Below, one piece after another: positions 26,761 to 41,014 of a stretch of 64,000 nucleotides of DNA. Below the pieces are notes generated by a model. That model worked only from the letters and a program-made list of their open reading frames with translations, was not told where the DNA came from and searched no databases. The position numbers and the translations under genes are program-made. The first letter of the stretch is position 1, and each line of letters starts with the position of its first letter. The DNA is from Camelus ferus (Eukaryota): positions 97,528,001 through 97,592,000 of the forward strand of contig NC_045697.1 of NCBI RefSeq assembly GCF_009834535.1. The letters run 5' to 3'.

Positions 26761-27569
26761 CCGAGAGTAATAGTAACAAACTATTTAGTTAATTTATTTT
26801 AAAAACAGTTTCATCTTGATTATATTTAAACAATACCAAAATAAATTTAAACAGCAGTATGAACTCAAAGTTGCAAGGAATGAAGTTAAATGGAGTAGAA
26901 ATAAAGCAATGGGATTTCTTTTACAATAAAAGAATCCATTCCATTATGGAAAGCATCACCATTTGGGGAGGATAGTAATGATGAGTGTGGTCCATTAAAA
27001 TTTTAAATAGTGATCATGGTAGATCGTATTCTGGTCACAGATTAGTAGGTTTGAAAATATACATAATTCTAGTAACTGGTTCATCTACTACAAAACAAAG
27101 CTGGATGGTAGGTTTACATCCTGTCCGTATAGCTGTTTATTCAACCCAAGTGGAAACCATTCTTTTAAATGTATGGTTGTAGGTTTATACTGAGAATATA
27201 TTTTTTATTATATAAAACAAAACAGATTCAAACAAAGTCTCTCTGATAGGAATTTCATGACAAACTCATCAGAGGGCCTTAACTGTTTTTCAAATCATTA
27301 TTATTTTGTGAAACTGACAATATGCTGTACTTCACATTGACACCTAAAATGGAAAGTGACCTCAAGAAAATAATGAATAGCAAATGTTACTCTTGAATGT
27401 TAATGGATCAAGCAATGGTTTATATTGGACTAACAATCCAATTTCTAAAACATTTATAGAAAGCATTTCTCTTAGTGCCACAGTCAACAAAAGGGAAATC
27501 TTTGTTATTACATACATATGCATATTTATATACATATTTATTATAACATTTATTCATCTATGCTGTTAA

Positions 27570-27675
27570 CCATAAAGATATGTTCTTATTCCCCTAGTTT
27601 AAATACCAGAGAGCATACGTGCCTGCACAGTGCCTGAAACTTAGGGTTCATAAAATATTTGTTAAATTAATTAAT
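27570..27675 (+). mobile_element. L2 3' terminus
   Basis: gtgcctgcacagtgcctgaaacttagggttcataaaatatttgttaaattaat. Confidence 0.55.
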
Positions 27676-30377
27676 ATATGACAAAGTATAAAAGAACTAT
27701 TGGGCCTCTTATACCCAAGAATTCAGTTTATTTACCTTACCCTTGAGTTTCCTATTGCTCCCAGAATTCTCTGTGATTGGTAACAGATATTACTGCTTCT
27801 CCAGGTTCTAAATCAGGAGATATCTGAGGAACATCTCTTAGCTTACTTTGATTTCACACTGTGTTTTATTAGCCCCAAACAGTTTAATCTAGGGTATCTC
27901 TTCTCGTAGGAATTTTTTTTAAATGATGCAGTGTCATACAGCTTTAAGAATAACATTGGAAGAATAAAAATTGAAACTCTTCTTCAAAAGGAAAGAGTAA
28001 AGAGATTTTTAAAGACAAATACGATTTCTTTTTTAAAAAGTTGAACTTTGAAAATGAGAAGAAAAGAGAAGTTTTAAACATCATGGCTATCTTGGTATCA
28101 GTTTTTCACTGGTAAAATATAGCTCAAAATATAATTGGTATGTGCTGAAAACTGCAAGCCATAAAATTTGGGGTAGTTTTATTTTTGAATACCTGGAGAA
28201 GCATGGGATTTGGCAAGCAATTGCTAATTCTTTAGCGTTTCTATTCTGATGGCTAAACAAGACATAGTGAAGATGAAACAAAGAGGCTGACAATAATACA
28301 CATTCCTTGACAATAACACACGTTCCTCTTCCAAATATTGTATAATCAACATTTGAAGAGGCAGAAAACACATCTGGGTCTCACTGTTAGGCATTTTTCC
28401 AAGCATCAAAATGTTCATAGTGTGTTGATTAATTTACATTTAAGACTAAATGTCTGATTACAGTAGAATTTAAACATCAACATGTTAGTTTATATCTCAA
28501 GTGTAAGACAAAGAGTAAGAATCTTTTCCTCAAAAATCAAAGCATTTTTCTCCCTAGACTCTGAAATGTCTCTGTTCATGCCCTGCTATGGCAATGCCTG
28601 TCCTTAGAGTTGTGTAATGTTCCCAGTAGCTGAAGTTTTTAGATGACTTGATTTTCTAAAACTTGTTTCAGTAAGGTTTATGACAATATATTTACGCAAT
28701 ATGCAAATCCACAAAATCCCCCGAATTTCATTTTTGTATTTAATTTCAGGCAACTTTCTAATCAGATTCTTTTCACCTTTTTTCATGGCCGTCACCAACT
28801 ACCATACATGTTGCCCTATGTCATGGTAAAGCCTTATTCCAGAGCCACATATTTAAAAAAAAAAAAAAAACTTCATAGGAAATAAGTCATTATAAACTAA
28901 ACTTTGCTGTCCTGATCTTCAAACAAAAATTGATTCAAAACATCACAGACATTGACACAGGAAAAAAAAAGTCATACGACTTGAGATATATGAAAGACTT
29001 CAGTAAAAAGAAACATGTGAGTGAAAACATTTCTTGTTCAAAGAATTTCATTCCTTAGACATAAAAGGCACTCTAATTTTCTCCAACTGAATGCCAGTTC
29101 TAGTATATTTTATGAGTACCTTCACTGATGTCAGATCCTGATATATAATGAAGTGACCCTAAAATGGAATCCCTCAAGACATTTACTGGACTCTCCAGGA
29201 AACTGTATCAGCTCAGAATTGGATGTGCTCCAAGACTGTGCTGTAGTAACTCTTTGGGGAGATTTATTTAAAAGAATTTCACCTGAATAAGTAAGTCCAT
29301 CTCATTTTTAATGATTATTTAAAATAACATTCTTTCATGTCAGTGTTTCCTGCTCTTGAACTGGTGGCCGTCATTCTCTGAAGATGGATTGGGTTCCAGC
29401 AACTTCTCTGAACACCTGGGAGGAGTAAGCCTTGGCTCCTTGCCATTACTACAGATACATTTGTCTTCTGTCCACCTAATTAATGCGTCCTGATCCAGAG
29501 ATCCCAATGTGATAGAAGGTGTTAAATGACTGTGGACCACCCTGTGTGAAATAATGTCTACAATAATCATCATGGGGCACAGTATGCAAGTAAAACAAAA
29601 GAAAAATTGTTTCACCAAAGAAGCTGTCATCTTAAATTAACATAATGTAAAATGGCAAAGCACAGATGTTTTGGTGTCTTTTTTTTAAATAATTAAACCT
29701 CTGAACATAACACTGGGTCCTGGTGTTCGTGTTATGGCAGTGACTTCAACTCAATGGGGAAAGAATGCATGGAAAGCATGTTCAGAATAAAAAGTACCTG
29801 TCACTCTACTTTTTGTAACTGTGAATTTCAAGACTTGATTATAGATCCATCTGTTACTGCTACCAGGGACATGTAGCTTCAATATATACCCTAGAACAGA
29901 TGTAGGGCTTTTTGCCCCCTTTCTTATCTTCCTCCCATCCGCTAATGGCTGCTCCAAAACTACAGGTAAATACAGCACTTGTATTCACTGGAAAGCAAGA
30001 GGATTGTTTAGATTAGAATTATTCCTCAGTAGGTTAGATTGCATTTAGAGCTAACACAGTAAAGTCTACCAAGCAGTGGCATTTGCCAATTTCTATCAAA
30101 GTCCACCATCTATAGTGTTCGCCCATATAAGCTTGAATCGGGACCATCATAAACGTCTCCAGCAGTCTTATCTCCAGGACAATAGACTACTACTTGCTGT
30201 CTCATATAAATGATCACATGTTCAGTCTCGGGAGTTCCTGGTTTTTCCTTCCTTGTTATTGGATTCTACAATAATTCCAATTCCCCAAGGATGCTTTGAC
30301 TTTAGCCACTTTGTTTAGAACTTGCTGACCTTCACACCTTTCCAGGATACAACCAACAGAAATTGAGGGATATCTTC

Positions 30378-30570
30378 CTGCAGCCATGAAGATACACCAC
30401 TTGGATCTCCTGCTGTGAGGAGCATAATTGATGAAGAACCCCAGCTGCTGTGGTCAGAATCCACCACCAAGTTCACACAGAAACCACACCTGTGTGGGCT
30501 GATCTCAAGCAACAACTGAGCCTGCGAGGATACTGAGACAGGTCCATTTCTACTGGTCATAGGGCTCCAG
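30378..30570 (+). mobile_element. ERVL LTR 5' half (LTR33A/B-like)
   Basis: gcagccatgaagatacaccacttggatctcctgctgtgaggagcataattgat...ccccagctgctg...actgagc...ggatactgagacaggtccatt follows the recalled LTR33-family consensus. Confidence 0.7.
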
Positions 30571-31066
30571 GAATGTACATTTCAATGAAGGCAGTTGGCA
30601 GCAGATGATGTCTGAGATTTGCTAGAAATCTCCACAGAACACCAATACAAGATCAAAATTAAACATTGTACTTTTCTTCAGGTTCTGTTAGACAGCTCAG
30701 GAGAATTAAGTGGTTGCTTTTATTCAAGTGATGTAAGAAATTAGTTTTTTCAAGAGGGCATCTAATACCTTTCTAAGAAAAGATCAGTGTCCAATAAATG
30801 TTTTTTTCCTTTTACAAATAAATGTTGAATTAACTGATACCAGTTTTTTATCATCCACTTTCAGTGAAAAATGAACATCAGCATTGTGCATATCAGATCA
30901 AATTTTATGTAGAAAATCAGGTAGTCAGCATTTCATTTTTATCATAAATGTATATATAAAAAATAAACAATCCACAGAAAAAAATAACATTAAATAAGCA
31001 CCTAGAAAAGCCCCAGTTTTGATAATAATATAAGAAATACAAATAAATATATAAAAGATACATTTG

Positions 31067-31203
31067 AGAGAGGGGAGGATATAGCTCAAGTGGTAAAGCG
31101 CATGCTTAGCATGCATGAGACCCTGGGTTTAATCCCCATTACCTCCTCTAAGAATAATAAATAAATAAACCTAATTACCTCCCCCCACCAAAAAAAAAAT
31201 TAA
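31067..31203 (+). mobile_element. tRNA-derived SINE, camelid Vic-1 type
   Basis: A box tagctcaagtgg, B box gggtttaatcc, and the same body as the 18685 copy. 16-bp TSD ataaaa(g/a)atacatttg at 31051-31066 and 31204-31219 (1 mismatch). Confidence 0.93.
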
Positions 31204-31219
31204 ATAAAAAATACATTTG

Positions 31220-31835
31220 GGATATTTATCACCTATCAGTTTAGCAAAAGTGAAAAAAGATAAATGCCCAGTAGTTAGGAATATATAGAGAAGTAGGCCA
31301 TTTTTTACATTTCTGAAGTCATATCAACTTTTTAGGATAATTTGACAATATAAAAATTTCCCTGTTTTCCTTTCTTTACACATAGAGCAACTCTTAAAAA
31401 TATGCATGACTTAAATTGCATTGATAATAATTAATTTGTACAACGTTCATAAAATGAACCCAATACATCCTCTCAAAAAATTAAGACATCCATGTACTGA
31501 TGAGGAAAACATACGTTGTCCATTAGTACATAAATATTTTCTTAATTTTTAAAAAATGTTTATTTACTTGTGTGTGCATGTGTGTGTGTGCATATATATT
31601 TAGTCATGTTTGTTTTTTTTTTTTTAAGATTCTGGGAACCATTATTTATAGCATAATCTTATTTGGTTTTAAAATAGTATGTGTACATGTGATTTAAAAA
31701 GTCAGGAGAGATACGAATCACATTATTTACGTGATTTACTTTAGGCAGAGAAGATTATTGGGGATTTTCATCTTGTATTTTATAAGATTCTGTATTATTA
31801 GAATGTTTTGGTAATAAGCATAAATCCCTTTCATA
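31220..31835 (+). mobile_element. Ancient L1ME ORF2 end/3' UTR fragments (probable host of the SINE)
   Basis: cacctatcagtttagcaaaa...aaatgcccagt; catgtactgatgaggaaa; ttttcatcttgtattt motifs. Confidence 0.5.
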
Positions 31836-34199
31836 ATCAGGAAAGTAAAACCATTCATTCTAAATTTATTATAATTATATAATATTATACTTTTATAATT
31901 ATAATATAATTATTATATACATTTATACTTTTGTAATTATCCTTTTATAATTACGATTATACCTATATCATTATACTTATGTTTATGGTTTTGGCCTCAT
32001 TCTGTGAGCTAATTCCCTTATTTCTATTTTAATAATTCTGGGCTCTGTCATTAAGCAGAAAATGCACTTGACTAATTAAAACTCATAAAAAATGGCAACT
32101 CACAATCCAGCTATGTCATGCTTTGCCGATATATCTCTCTATATTGGTAATATTGTGTGTGTGCATGCACACATGTATATATGTATGATTCAGATATTTT
32201 CAATTATTTGGTTTAAAATAGACAGGTGGGATCCCATGGACACAAAAGTATTCTATGAATTGCTTGCTGCATGCTCAATGTTCTTTGTAAGTAATGCCTT
32301 GTCATGATGAAATAAAAATTTACTACCACTCTGTCTAGAGTTCAGCCAGCCTGTGAGCATAGATTTATAGAGTCAAGGGAACTATTGAAACAGTCATTCC
32401 TTAGGGTTAATTTTCAATCTTCACTTCCCTTTTAATGATTAAGACAATTTCATTGCCACCTATGTTTCCAATTTACACAGGGATACCTCAGAAGACCTCA
32501 AGGGTCCTGTTGACAATCTTCCAATCTGAAGGCAGGGATAAATGACCCACTGTGTTTTATTGAAGAGCCCTAATGCAGGAACTGACAGGCTGTGGGAATT
32601 GCTGAGCTGTTAGATCATTTCACAGGGAAAGTACTATGCTCGTTTTTGTGGCTCCTTTCCCTCTACAAAAATGATAACTCATACATAATTGAAGGAATGT
32701 CATTTCAACACTATGGCTAGAATTTTTGAAAATCTCAAACATCTTGTGTTATTTCTTTAGACTATAATTCCTTCTTTGAAAAAAAAAAAAATGTCTGGAT
32801 GTGGGGGAGGGATGAGTACTTTGGCTTTTCCTTTCATGAATGTTCTTGAACAGAACTGCTCTCCACTTCCCCTACCAGATGGCGGAGTAGCAACATGCTG
32901 ATGTTACTGGCAAAAAAGGAAGAAGAATATTGCAAATCATACCAAAGGGGCACATCAGGGGGATCCCTGGGGAATTAGCCAAGAACATGTTGTAAGAGAA
33001 AAGGGAACTGGGATACTTAGAAGTTGTTTGTATTTAGTAGATTTTTTTAAAAGGCAGATATTCAAAGACAAGGAAATGTGTAAGTCTGGTTAATACTGTG
33101 AAAAAACCATACAAACTGAGCTGTGTCCTTTTAACAATTATGAAATCTAGACAGAAAGTATATACATTTGAAAGTCCTTGTGTTAGAAATGGATTCACCA
33201 TTGCCATGCACCTTACCAGAACAAAAATATAGCAGTACTTCTCTTCACAAAGAATAAAACAATTGATTGGCGGCATTACTAGGGAAGTGGCTTGCTATGT
33301 ATACTGTGCGGAAGAAAACAGGTTTGCATTACTTTGTTTTGAAATTGATCTCTTTTTAAAAGAATGGTATAATTTTTTATAACTGGCCAATATGGTTTTC
33401 CCAAATAATTGTCTATACTGCATTGTGAGAGATGATAATATACACAGACTCTCTTATCAGTTACTGTAGTTGCAAGTACCCTGAGAAAATAAAGAGCATT
33501 AAAAGAAGAAAAACGAAACTGGTTAGGGTAATTGTCAAAATTCTCATCTTGAGAATGAGCTGCCTAAACTTTCCAAAAAGCTAAGGAATATGCCCAAATT
33601 CCCGTAGCTAATCAATAATATAGTGAGGGCTTAAATCTATATTTGACTGACTCTGTTTTATAACCATCATACTTAGCCCTTCTTATGGAACTGTTCAAAT
33701 TCACTTTTCTCTGTAATGTTGCAAAAGTGCTTTCATGAGAGGGAAATTACATTATCACATATCCTTTCATAATTTGGGACATTTTAAAATTAGTTCCTCT
33801 AATGTTGCTTTAAGATATTTACTTATTTATCTTCTATTTTGTACCAAAAAAGGACTTAAATCAACTTAGGGTGTAAGAGTAACAAAAATTACAATGACAG
33901 TTCTGACTTATATGAATTTTACTCTTACTTTTTGTAGAGTTTACGCTGGGTAATAAAGAAGTTAGTGCATTTACAGACTGATGTATTCAGTGACTGCTGG
34001 GCTAACTATGTTTTAAATAAAGAATATAGTAAATATAAATGAATCACCTGAGTATACTGATCATAACTAAATGTTTCCCGATCTACCTAAAATATGGTGA
34101 TTTTTCTTCCCAATTTGCTCATATTTTATTTTATGGAATTCTATTCTTACTCCCACATACTAATTTATTGAGTTTTATTTTACCATTTATATTTCTCTG

Positions 34200-34860
34200 T
34201 TAATTCTTCCATTAAACATGAGCATATTTTTTTACATCTCAAGCATAGTTACACCTTTTTCTGTGAATTCAAATATCTTGTATCTTGACATTGATTTCCA
34301 TTGTAGATCAAATTTTTATTGTCCCTTGGACATTGTGAATATTATGTTGTAAAAATTCTGGATTCTATTATATTCCCCTGAAGAGTGTTGATTGTTGTTG
34401 TTCATCAGTTAATTTAATTGGAATCAAATTGTAAACTCTCTCTTGGGTGGCAGATCAAATCTCAGTTCAGTGCTTTGATTCTTGCCCTGGGCTTCTTGAA
34501 GTCTACCTCACAAATGCATGGTTCAGAAATGAGCCACAGATTTAAGCATAGTTCATAAACATAGTTCATAAAAAGGCCCCTATCTGTGACTCTACCTTCC
34601 TTGTAATGTTCCCTTCATTTTCCAGCAGTTGTGATTGTCTGAAACCAGAAAGATCGTGGGCTTTTTATCAGCAATTTAGCCATCCCATAAAGCACAGGCT
34701 AGAAACCCTCAGACTAAAAACTGCAAGGAATTTTCCCTATGCCTTCCCTTCATTCAAGGGTTGATTTCCCTCCTGAGTCTCCTTGCTTTTTGTGAGTCTC
34801 CTGTGCTTTTGATAGATTTATTTGGGTTTGGTTGTTTTCTTCTTTTTTCCCGCTTATCTG
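34200..34860 (-). mobile_element. Old L1M 5' UTR/ORF1 fragment (L1ME-type)
   Basis: ggacattgtgaatattatgttg...tctggattctattatattcccctgaagagtgttgatt...aaatctcagttcagt...gcatggttcag. Confidence 0.65.
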
Positions 34861-34914
34861 AAGTCAAATTTCTTTAATTTTCATTTTACATTATTTGTGT
34901 CAATTCTATGTTTT

Positions 34915-35415
34915 GTTAACAGAATTCCTGGGTTATGGGAAATACAGCTCAATATATCTTAAAACAGGGAAGTAAATGGCTCACACTACTGAATTCATGA
35001 AAGATTAATTTCCAGAATAACTGGATTAAGATTCTCAATATCACCAGGAATTTGTTTTTCTTGGCTTGGATTCTTCATGGGTTTTTTCTGAAGGATCCTC
35101 TCCCCAAATGGTTTTCAAAGCTACAGATCTAAATGCTACCAGCTTAAGGACCTCAGTAGAAAGAGAAGTCCTAATACCCACTAGTTCCAGGAAAAGTCTT
35201 GGAACCAACCTCTGCATTTTTGGTTGGTTGATTGATTCCTAAACTAATCCCCATGACTGTGATTGACCAAATGTAGGTCATGCATTTGCCCCTAGAACTG
35301 ACTGTGAGTTCAGTCCCATCTAAGCCACATAGCCTGTGAATGGTTCCCTAAGGAAAACCAGGTGATAATACTAAACAAAAGAGGCTAGCAGATAGGTGAA
35401 ACAACACTCTCTCTC
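34915..35415 (-). mobile_element. MaLR LTR (MLT1K-like)
   Basis: tgattgaccaaatgtaggtcatgc...cccctagaact...agccacatag...tggttccctaaggaaaaccaggtg resembles MLT1K antisense. Confidence 0.65.
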
Positions 35416-37589
35416 TGATGGCACAGACAGGAAAAGGAAACAGGTCAAGTTGAGGGAAGGGAAATAACCAGGAACAGATGGTGCCAAAAGTAGGCTCTTG
35501 TCCATTGTCAGCTTTCTCCTTAGTCCTCTGAAGAGCCAAGTCTGAGGTCTCCTCTTGGGTACATTTCCTTTCTTTGACTCTTTTCATTGGAGTTCTGATC
35601 ACCCTTCCCTTTGCCAACAGAAACAGGGATTTAATTCAGTTTCATTTTGCCAACAATAATCAAACTATTTTCCCTACGCTGCCCCACAGCCGCTAAGGAC
35701 ATACATCTAACCAAAAAAAGTCTCCCTTTCTAGAAGATTCTGAATAGGCACGATAGCTTTGTTGACAACAATAACCATAATTTACTAAGAAAAGAAAACA
35801 AAATCTCCATGTTAAAAAAAACAGTAAATACAAACATTTTGTAAACAGGAAGAGTCTAAAGAAGACTAGTTCTTTTGGGTTACAAGATAATTTTTGTTAT
35901 TTTTGTGATTCATACAGATTCATACAGATACATAAAAAGAATGTATAAATTTACCAGCTTAGGATATAAATAAATACAGATTTACTTTAATGTGTGCGTT
36001 GTAAAGGCTCTCAGGCCCTAACTAGTCATCAGGGAGTCTATTGTTTAGTGCAGGTTGATCTTCCTAGTGACATGCATTCATAAGGCATCTTTGCAATGCT
36101 AGTGAACTCTACCCAGTGAACTCACTTATAACGTGATTATTGCCTCCTTTCTCTCTGCTAATTGTCTCTATAGGGAGAGACATAAAAACCTTTCATGGTT
36201 TTTATTGATCCTTGAAAGTTTTTTCTTTTCTATTTGGAGAGAGCTGCTTCACATCTGTAGGTTGACCTTCAGTAGCATGTTCAGACTCTTAATCTTCTGA
36301 TTCCCCTCCCTTACTACATCATAGTGTATTACATGCAAAAGCCCGCTGGAGGGAGCAGAAATGCTGGTTCTTATTTCTCTATTGTAAGAGGCTGTCTATT
36401 AAACAGAAGATTCTCTTGAGATTTCGTATTAGAGAAACTAGGTATATTTTTCCACTTTAGTTTCTTCTACTATAAAGAGAAGCAAAATCCCAAAGCAAGA
36501 ACTGGGAATTGAAATCTGTTGTCTTGGTCACACACCTTCTAATAGGCAAGCTTTCCACTCTCCCCATAAACAAGACTATCACCTCATAAGAATCATTGGT
36601 GCCATACACCACCATATTAATTGGCCTTTACCATTTTCTTAAGTCATTAAGAGGAAAAAAAGCTTAACTTATGATTGGGCTAGACATGTAAGACCAAAGT
36701 ATAAACTCACTTTCAAAAGATGGGCTACTTTAACCACTCACAGGAAGAAATAAACTACAGCAAATGTTTGTTTTTCCACCTTTCCATGTATCGCTGTATG
36801 AAAATTAGCAGCACTTTGTCAAATGGCATGTCTGTATATGTATCTTTGTGTGTGTTTCCACTCATTTGTACACTCGTATAAATATGTTTATATAATATAT
36901 ATCACTTACTCAGTACTTAGGGACGGCATTGACAAAGTCTTGCATCAGCAATTTGCTCATCTACTCTGGGAGTAGTGTTAATTGCTCTGTAATACTAATG
37001 GTTTATATACAACCCGGCATTCAAATGAGCTTCATTTAAAGTTGGCACTGTTAGTTTACACCTGCAAAAAGGTGAGTATTTTTCTCCTAGCTTGGGAATA
37101 GAACAGACTGTTTCTCATCGCTTGGTATATGCCTAAAGAATAATATTTTTGTTTGCTTTGGTTATTATGCAAATTCACAAGGCAGACTTTGTATTAAAAG
37201 AAATTTGCTATAGAACTTTAGGGAAAATCATGACTCTCACAAAACAACCACATGCTGGACAGGATGTTTATTTAAAACATTTGTTTGAATACATATGAGG
37301 CAGAGTGAATAGAATTATAGAATTATCCTGATTATAAATTCATTATTCCATTGTTTAGATAGCATTGCCAACTTTAAAAATAATTTTCACCCTTAAGATA
37401 TTTTATTAATGGAGACTATATTTTCTTTCTTTGCATAACATAAATAGGAAACATTCATCTATTTATGGGTATTCTCTTTCTCACAGTTTATTTTAATAGC
37501 ATAGATTAAGTTAGAGATACATGGGGTAATCTAATTCTAGCATGCAAAGTGTGACAGTGAAAGTATTAGCTAGTAGCAATCTCTCTTGG

Positions 37590-37765
37590 TCCATGATGAA
37601 GCATGGAGGCTTTGAACCATCCCATCACTTTCAATATGATATTTTTATTTCCCACCAAGGTAATCCCTACCAGGGCAGGGACCTTGCCTATCTTATTCAT
37701 GTCTATATCCAGAGTCCATAGGATGCTACCTGGTTCTGTATATAACTGTTTAGTAAGTGAGTGGA
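37590..37765 (+). mobile_element. L2 3' end
   Basis: cagggcagggaccttgcctatcttattcat...tatatccagagtccataggatgctacctgg. Confidence 0.7.
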
Positions 37766-40495
37766 AAAAAAGAAAATCCAAATATTTATCCAGAATTTCA
37801 AAGTGTATGTGTGTGAGAGGGAGAGAGAGAGACTGAGTATACACTGAGACTCCATTTTTAACATTAAAAGCTATTCTGACTTCAGAGGTTCCGTGACATT
37901 TGTATTTTTCATGAGAAATTTTTAGTTGATAATTTGGAATGAAAAATTCTGATGTAGTTTCTTCCTTGAATAGCTGTGTCTTCTCAGAGTTCATATTAAC
38001 ATAGCATTTATTAAGCACCTGCTGTGTGCCTCCAGGGACTCTGAGAGGGACTGTGGATATAAGGAGGAAAAACGTACATGTTTATTTCATTATTTTTGTA
38101 GTTTGATAAAGAAATGTTGTCTTCAACTAACTGCTTCAGCAAGTAGTAATATTTTAAGGCATTTCCTAAGGAGTTAAAAAAAACAACTGGAATGAGAACC
38201 ACTGCTATTAGATTCAGTTAGCTCTTTTCCTTTAGAATAGTTTAGTTTTCTTTTTCAGGTCTCTAAACAATTAACAACATAATAGGTGAGGTAGAAGAAA
38301 TGTTGACCTCTTGATCTCAGCCCTACTCTTTGCCTTATTAATGCCATCGTCAGGCATTCACTATTAATGTTGAGATAAACCTTGGTACAGAAGAAGTGCC
38401 TTCTTTCTGTATACAGACTCAGTAAGTGCAATGAATAAAATGAGTGCACTTAGGAAGAGAAACCAAGATATGCTCACCCTTTGCTGTGAAGATGACTGCA
38501 AGATAGCAGAAATGGCTAAAAACCTACCTAGGTTTCTTGGTTCAATCAGGTTACCTAGGTAAGTAAGAGCTCAAACTCAAAAGAGCTTCTGTGCTATGTT
38601 GGTCTGAATGGAGATCATGAATTAAGGCCTGGAAACAGCCTGTGAACTTCTGCCAGCAACAGCTAATTTGCAACAATGGGGGCTTCGTGAAAATGACATT
38701 TCAGCTGGCATGCGGAGGCAAGCAGAGCCGTTTGAGAGGATGGAGAGTGTGGTGCCTGCCAATTGCTGTTGGCAGGGGATTGTCAATCCACTGAGTACCA
38801 GGACTCATCAGCATATTTAATGTTATGAGCACAGACATTGTCTTTAAAAACATAAGCCATGAGAGGGCAATGTGGGCTGCAGACTGCAGAGTAGCATCTC
38901 ATGCAGGTGGATGGCACAAATACTTACGAAAGTCATGACAAGGGGGGAAACAGGAACAGAAAGGAGCCAGATACAAAGGAGAAAGGGGTGAAAGGCCAGA
39001 AGTAAATTCACAAGAAAGGGCAAGTGTACAGAATTTTAAGAATTATTTTTTTCTAATCACACAAGTAGCAAAAAAAAAAAAGCATAGAAAAAGCACAAAG
39101 GGAACAAGAGTTACTCTGCTACCATCACCAGAGACAGAATTGCTAAATCTCTACTCTGAGATTTTCCTAGGATTTTTAGCTCCAGAATTTAAAACAATGA
39201 AAAAGGGGTATCAAGAGTTATGAAGGTAGTATTAACTTTCCTCTCCCACATGTCTTGCGTTATAAACAACTAATCTGTAAATTAGGGTAATAGCAGCAAA
39301 CTACCAAAAATATTACAAAGACCCTCTATTAACTTACAATTTTACCTACATTATAGCAAATAGATATTTTGAGAATAGTTGCTCATATGTATATATTGAT
39401 AGAAATTAATGACACTATAAACTAGTTCTAATTACATTGCATTAAATTCCTTTGTTTCAAAATGCTTGTGAACAGGTGTTACATGCCACAAGAAAGCCTT
39501 CAGTTGTTCACTAAATAGTCTTACCAAGTCTTAGCTATGTCATGCTTTTTATACAGTATTAGAAGTGCAAGTAATAATATAGCATCAGGTATGTGGGATG
39601 CAATGTTAAACCATTAACTGATGAGTTTTCCTACTTTGAGCTTCATAGAATTTCTCCAGTTGTATCTATCTGGTCTCTCAGCCTGGGACTCAAGGTCACA
39701 ACTTTCCCCAGAAAAAATCCTCTTTTTGAGGCAGTGACCGCCCCCTCCTTGCCCTTCAAACCTTTCCTTCTCAAACCCAGAATAGGTCAAGACACTCTAA
39801 GGAGGGATGAAGAAAGCTTAGGGTAGAAGTAAGAGAAGCTCTGGGCTTTGCAGAATTAGAACAGGACTTTGTAGAAGTTGTTTGGAGTTCGGCAGTGTAG
39901 CAGGAGGATCTGATTGGGATGCTGAAATTGGGTGGGAGTCGGGGGTGGTCTTTCCACATCCTTTGGGAGCCAGAATGCCACAGAGGGAAAAAAAATATTC
40001 CAGTATCTTTAATAAAATGTCAGGCTTTTGTTAAAAGAGAAAGAAGCTACTGAGAGGCTCACGGGAGTTTGAAGCCCAGGAACCTCTGTAGACACTGAAT
40101 TGATAAAGTGTCCTCTTCATCTCCAGAACCACAGACTCCATAGCCTGGTGAGAGAGAGGACTGCCTCGGATCCACCCACCCTGTGCAAAAACTGACTGCA
40201 TAATGGTAGATTCGGTTTTTCTGTCATCAGGTAGGATAGGTTTTGAGATTTTTTTAATAATCCAACTACAAAATTGAAAAAAAAATTACTTCATTTTCAC
40301 CCTTGAGTATCAAATTCAACAAACCCGCGTGCCTATTTCTAGTATATTTTAGAGCTCCTACTTACATTCTCAATGAACCTCACAATATCTCTATGTTGTA
40401 GGTGTCACTGGTCCACTCTTAATTCACTCATCGTAAGTAAAACATATTAGGGCTGTTAGGTGCCAGAGTCTGCACTGGGTTCTGGATATTCTCTG

Positions 40496-40970
40496 TTACA
40501 GCAGACACCTCTTGTGCCCCTCCTAACATCAGCTGAGCCCAAATTAACTCAAACCATTCTTCTATGGCAACCAAGTTTGAGATGGTGCCACCTGACAAGC
40601 ACTTAACATCTCAGCAGCTGTGGATTCATGGCATTCATGCACGTGCAATCTGGAAATGTGAGGAAGTTACCATATCCCGAGTAACCCTTGACCAATGATG
40701 CTTGGGAGCCAGTAGACAAAAGTTCCACATTTTGTTCCCTAAAGTAAACGATTTTAAAGTACGTGGTTTGTGGCTTTTTAGACTCTTGGCATGACTGAGC
40801 CTCAGTTATCCACAGCAGTGACCTCTCCTTCTTTGTCACCGTCCTCACCTCCTCACCCTGCTCCCTGCCACAACTTCCCAAATAAACCATCCATCCATCC
40901 ATCCATCTCGCACATCCTCACTTGTGTGTGGTTGATGTCTGTGTATGTGTTGGAGGGAAATAACTATGGC
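40496..40970 (+). mobile_element. ERVL LTR (LTR16A-like) containing a (CCAT)5 run at 40887-40906
   Basis: cagcagacacctcttgtgcccc start; aacccttgaccaatga...gggagccagt; cacagcagtgacctc; ttcccaaataaac poly(A)-signal region. Confidence 0.8.
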
Positions 40971-41014
40971 ACTAATTTTTAAAAAAAGTATAACTTGTGG
41001 TCTCAGGAAGCGAA

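Noticed and set aside
30315..30570. Processed pseudogene or coding exon
   Set aside because: No frame gave a recognisable protein, and the sequence follows the LTR33-family consensus as recalled.
31860..31985. AT-rich ttata/ataat tract as a structured element
   Set aside because: Ordinary low-complexity sequence without a stable unit.
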